Source: Vicugna vicugna (lineage: Eukaryota). From it: a DNA stretch of 64,000 nucleotides. Position 1 is the first letter of the stretch, and every line of letters begins with the position of its first letter. Below the pieces are notes generated by a model. The model was given only the letters and a program-made list of their open reading frames with translations, was not told the origin of the DNA and ran no database searches. The position numbers and the translations under genes were made by a program. Below, one piece after another: positions 61,440 through 64,000 of this stretch. The stretch is from contig MU058039.1 of the NCBI GenBank assembly GCA_013265495.1, forward strand, positions 808,591 to 872,590. The letters are read 5' to 3'.

Positions 61440-62295
61440 CCTGTTTACTACAGAATATTTCCGATACCAGATATGTGGGTTTTTCCATATCAGGCCATTC
61501 TCTGCAGACACAGATTGGGTGGATTAGGGTGTCTGACAGTTTAACTCGGTTCTGACGCTAACTGCATCTGGTGAGCACAGATCCTGCAGGTTAAGGTCTC
61601 ATTCCCACCAGGCTGCTCCTCCCCCACTCAGATGCCAGCCACAAGTCACCTGTCATTTTGACCAACCTGCTATAAATCAAGGGTTCCCACAACCCCCTCC
61701 AGTTCAGTAATTTGCTTAGAATGGCTCACAGAACTCAGGGAAACACGTTTACCAGTTTATTATAAAGGATACAAATGAACAGCCAGATGAAGACAGAGGT
61801 ATGGAAGGGTCCCCAGTGTAGGAGCTTCTGTCCCTGTGGAGTTTGGGGTGAGCCATCCTCCTGGCACATGGATGTGTTCACCTACTCAGGAGCTCTCATG
61901 CCTTTGGTTGGGGTATTTTATGGAAGATTCATCACATAGGCATGATTATTAACTCAATATCCCATCCCTCCCCACTCCCTGGAGGATAGTGGGTGGGGCT
62001 GAAAGTTCCAACCCTTTCATCTTGCCTTGGTTTTTCTGACAACCAACCCCCATCCAGAAGCTTTCTAGGTCCTCCCACCCAAGACACTGGTTATATCATT
62101 AGCATACAAAAAGACAGTCTTATCCCTCCAGAGATTGCCAGGGTTTTAGTTCTTATGTCAGAAACCCAAGTCAAAGAACAAATATTAGAATAGCAGATGC
62201 TCCAGCACTCAGGAAATTACAAGGGTTTTAGGAGCTCTAAATTAGGAAGGGGGGAACAGGAGCAGGGACTAAATACGTATTGCTGATTATGTTGC
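61440..62295. mobile_element. LTR element (MER21-like) in SPINT2 intron 1
   Basis: Recalled motifs: gatcctgcaggttaagg...cactcagatgccagccacaag...gggttcccacaaccccctc...ggctcacagaactcagggaaacac. Confidence 0.55.
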
Positions 62296-64000
62296 AGATA
62301 TGATGGGTCCACAATCAGAGCTTTGTCTTATGTTCCTAAGCTCCTAATAGTCTGATTTAGATACTCCAAGCCTCTGAAATCTACGGTTTTTTAATTAGCC
62401 ACACCTAAATCAGAATATGGGGCTTGCTGAATTGAAGAATATCGATCAGGTTTATACATTTTCCAGCTTTATTGGGAAGTTTATACCTTTTTTGTTGCAT
62501 TTATTGTTTTCTTGTTATGAAGTGCATGTGCAGGGAGGTTAGGAAAGCTGCCTTCCGTTCCCATCCCAATACCGGGCTAGTGAGAGGCAGCCAGGGATTC
62601 CTGCACACACTGGTCCTTTACTAGAACATCTTCCTCTATTCTACCCTACACACTTTTGCCAAGTGCCTCTTCCTTATTGTCACTCCCCTATACCAGAATC
62701 TTTGCTCATTTCCTTTGTACCTTGTATGGCTTACAAACCCTTTGAATTTAGGGTGTAATTATAATACTTTGTGTGATTTTTTTTTTCTTCTATCCAAGCC
62801 AGTCTTGTGGCTCTAACTTAATTGTGAGTGCCTACAGGGCAAGGACCACGTTCACAGTGAGTGCCTTCTACGTAGGATGGCTGCTCAGCTCAGTTTACCT
62901 TGAAGGGTTCCAGTTTATGCCATCATATGTCCCAGTGTCTTAACTATTTTCACTCTAAAGTGTCTTGATCTTGAGGGTAAATTATATTATTATGCTGCTT
63001 AGATGGATTAGCTATTCACCAAGTACTTATTGCTTAGTATTGCTCAAGATACTAGGGAATTTAGTACATTCAGTTCTATTTACCAGGTAGTTTACAGTAT
63101 TTTGACTGAAGAATTTAAGCAAACAAAAGGGATGACCATAATCCACTATCCAGATAAAGCCCTTAAAAAAATTAAAATGTATTTGTAAGATTAGAATTCT
63201 CAGATTGTACTAAAGGAACCGTGGAAAAGCCTCACCCTCCTATAGTCTCTTTCCCTAAAGCTAGTCATACATGTGTCTAAATTAAAAGTTTAAAAAGAGA
63301 GCATAATATTTAAGCCATTCTTTTGCTTTTTTTCTTTCTTAGTCTTGGACACTTTCCTATACCAGCACATACACACTTGCCAGTTTTTAACAACTCTTGA
63401 GTATTCGATTATGTGGATATCTCACAAGTTATTTCACTAGCATGAACATGGTGTTCAAGTGGTGAATTTTCAGCTTTTTTAAACTGTGCACACCAGACCC
63501 TTGTGAATGTGGTAATAGTTACCCCTGTTCTTTGAAACTCTTGAATTAATTGACTCTTCCTTGTTTGTTTTTTGATACTGAGGAGTGAACTCTACTCTTA
63601 TTTTTGTGTGTGTGTCAGATAGTATTTTCAGCCATCTGAGGATTATTGCAGCAAATCATTTCCCTTTGCCCATTATCCTTAGAATTCTAAGTGGTTTTAA
63701 TGAAAAGAGTAAAGCTGTTTTTAGTGGTGGAATGGTGTGCTGCAGTGTTTTTGGCAAAGAATAAAACCTGAGGAGTGTGTGGTCAGTGTTGTTATAAGAA
63801 ATGTGAGCCCTAGGAGTCTATGTGATAGTCAGATAGTCAGATGGTCAGATAGATTTCTGACCACACATGTAGGACTTTCTGAGTTATGCAACATGATGAG
63901 GGTGGAAAATCTGAGCAGGGTGTTTTTATAAACATTCTTTAAAGAAATGATTGGCGAACTGCAGCTTGTGGTCACTGCCTACATGTGGCCTGCAAGCTGA

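Overview
Mammalian genomic DNA, most likely a camelid: it carries nine copies of a tRNA-derived SINE resembling Vic-1, and I recognised no Alu, B1, PRE-1 or Bov-tA. The gene order matches human 19q13.2. The window holds the last four coding exons and 3'UTR of SIPA1L3 (+), the complete DPF1/BAF45b gene (-), the complete PPP1R14A/CPI-17 gene (-, 147 aa) and exon 1 plus the start of intron 1 of SPINT2 (+). DPF1 has 12 exons giving 414 aa, plus a second, homologous upstream first exon. All exons were read by hand with GT-AG boundaries and consistent phases. Most ORFs in the supplied track are spurious GC-rich or repeat ORFs. The most unusual signals are: a degenerate 31-bp-period array of RFX-like half-sites in DPF1 intron 9, alongside two full X-boxes in the locus; paired DPF1 first exons/promoters that look like an ancient duplication; a retroposed 28S rRNA 3'-end fragment; a tail-less L1 fragment nested in a SINE; a near-perfect 156-bp tandem duplication; and convergent CTCF motifs around PPP1R14A. 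Gene and repeat names come from recalled sequences, not database searches. I found no clearly novel protein-coding system.
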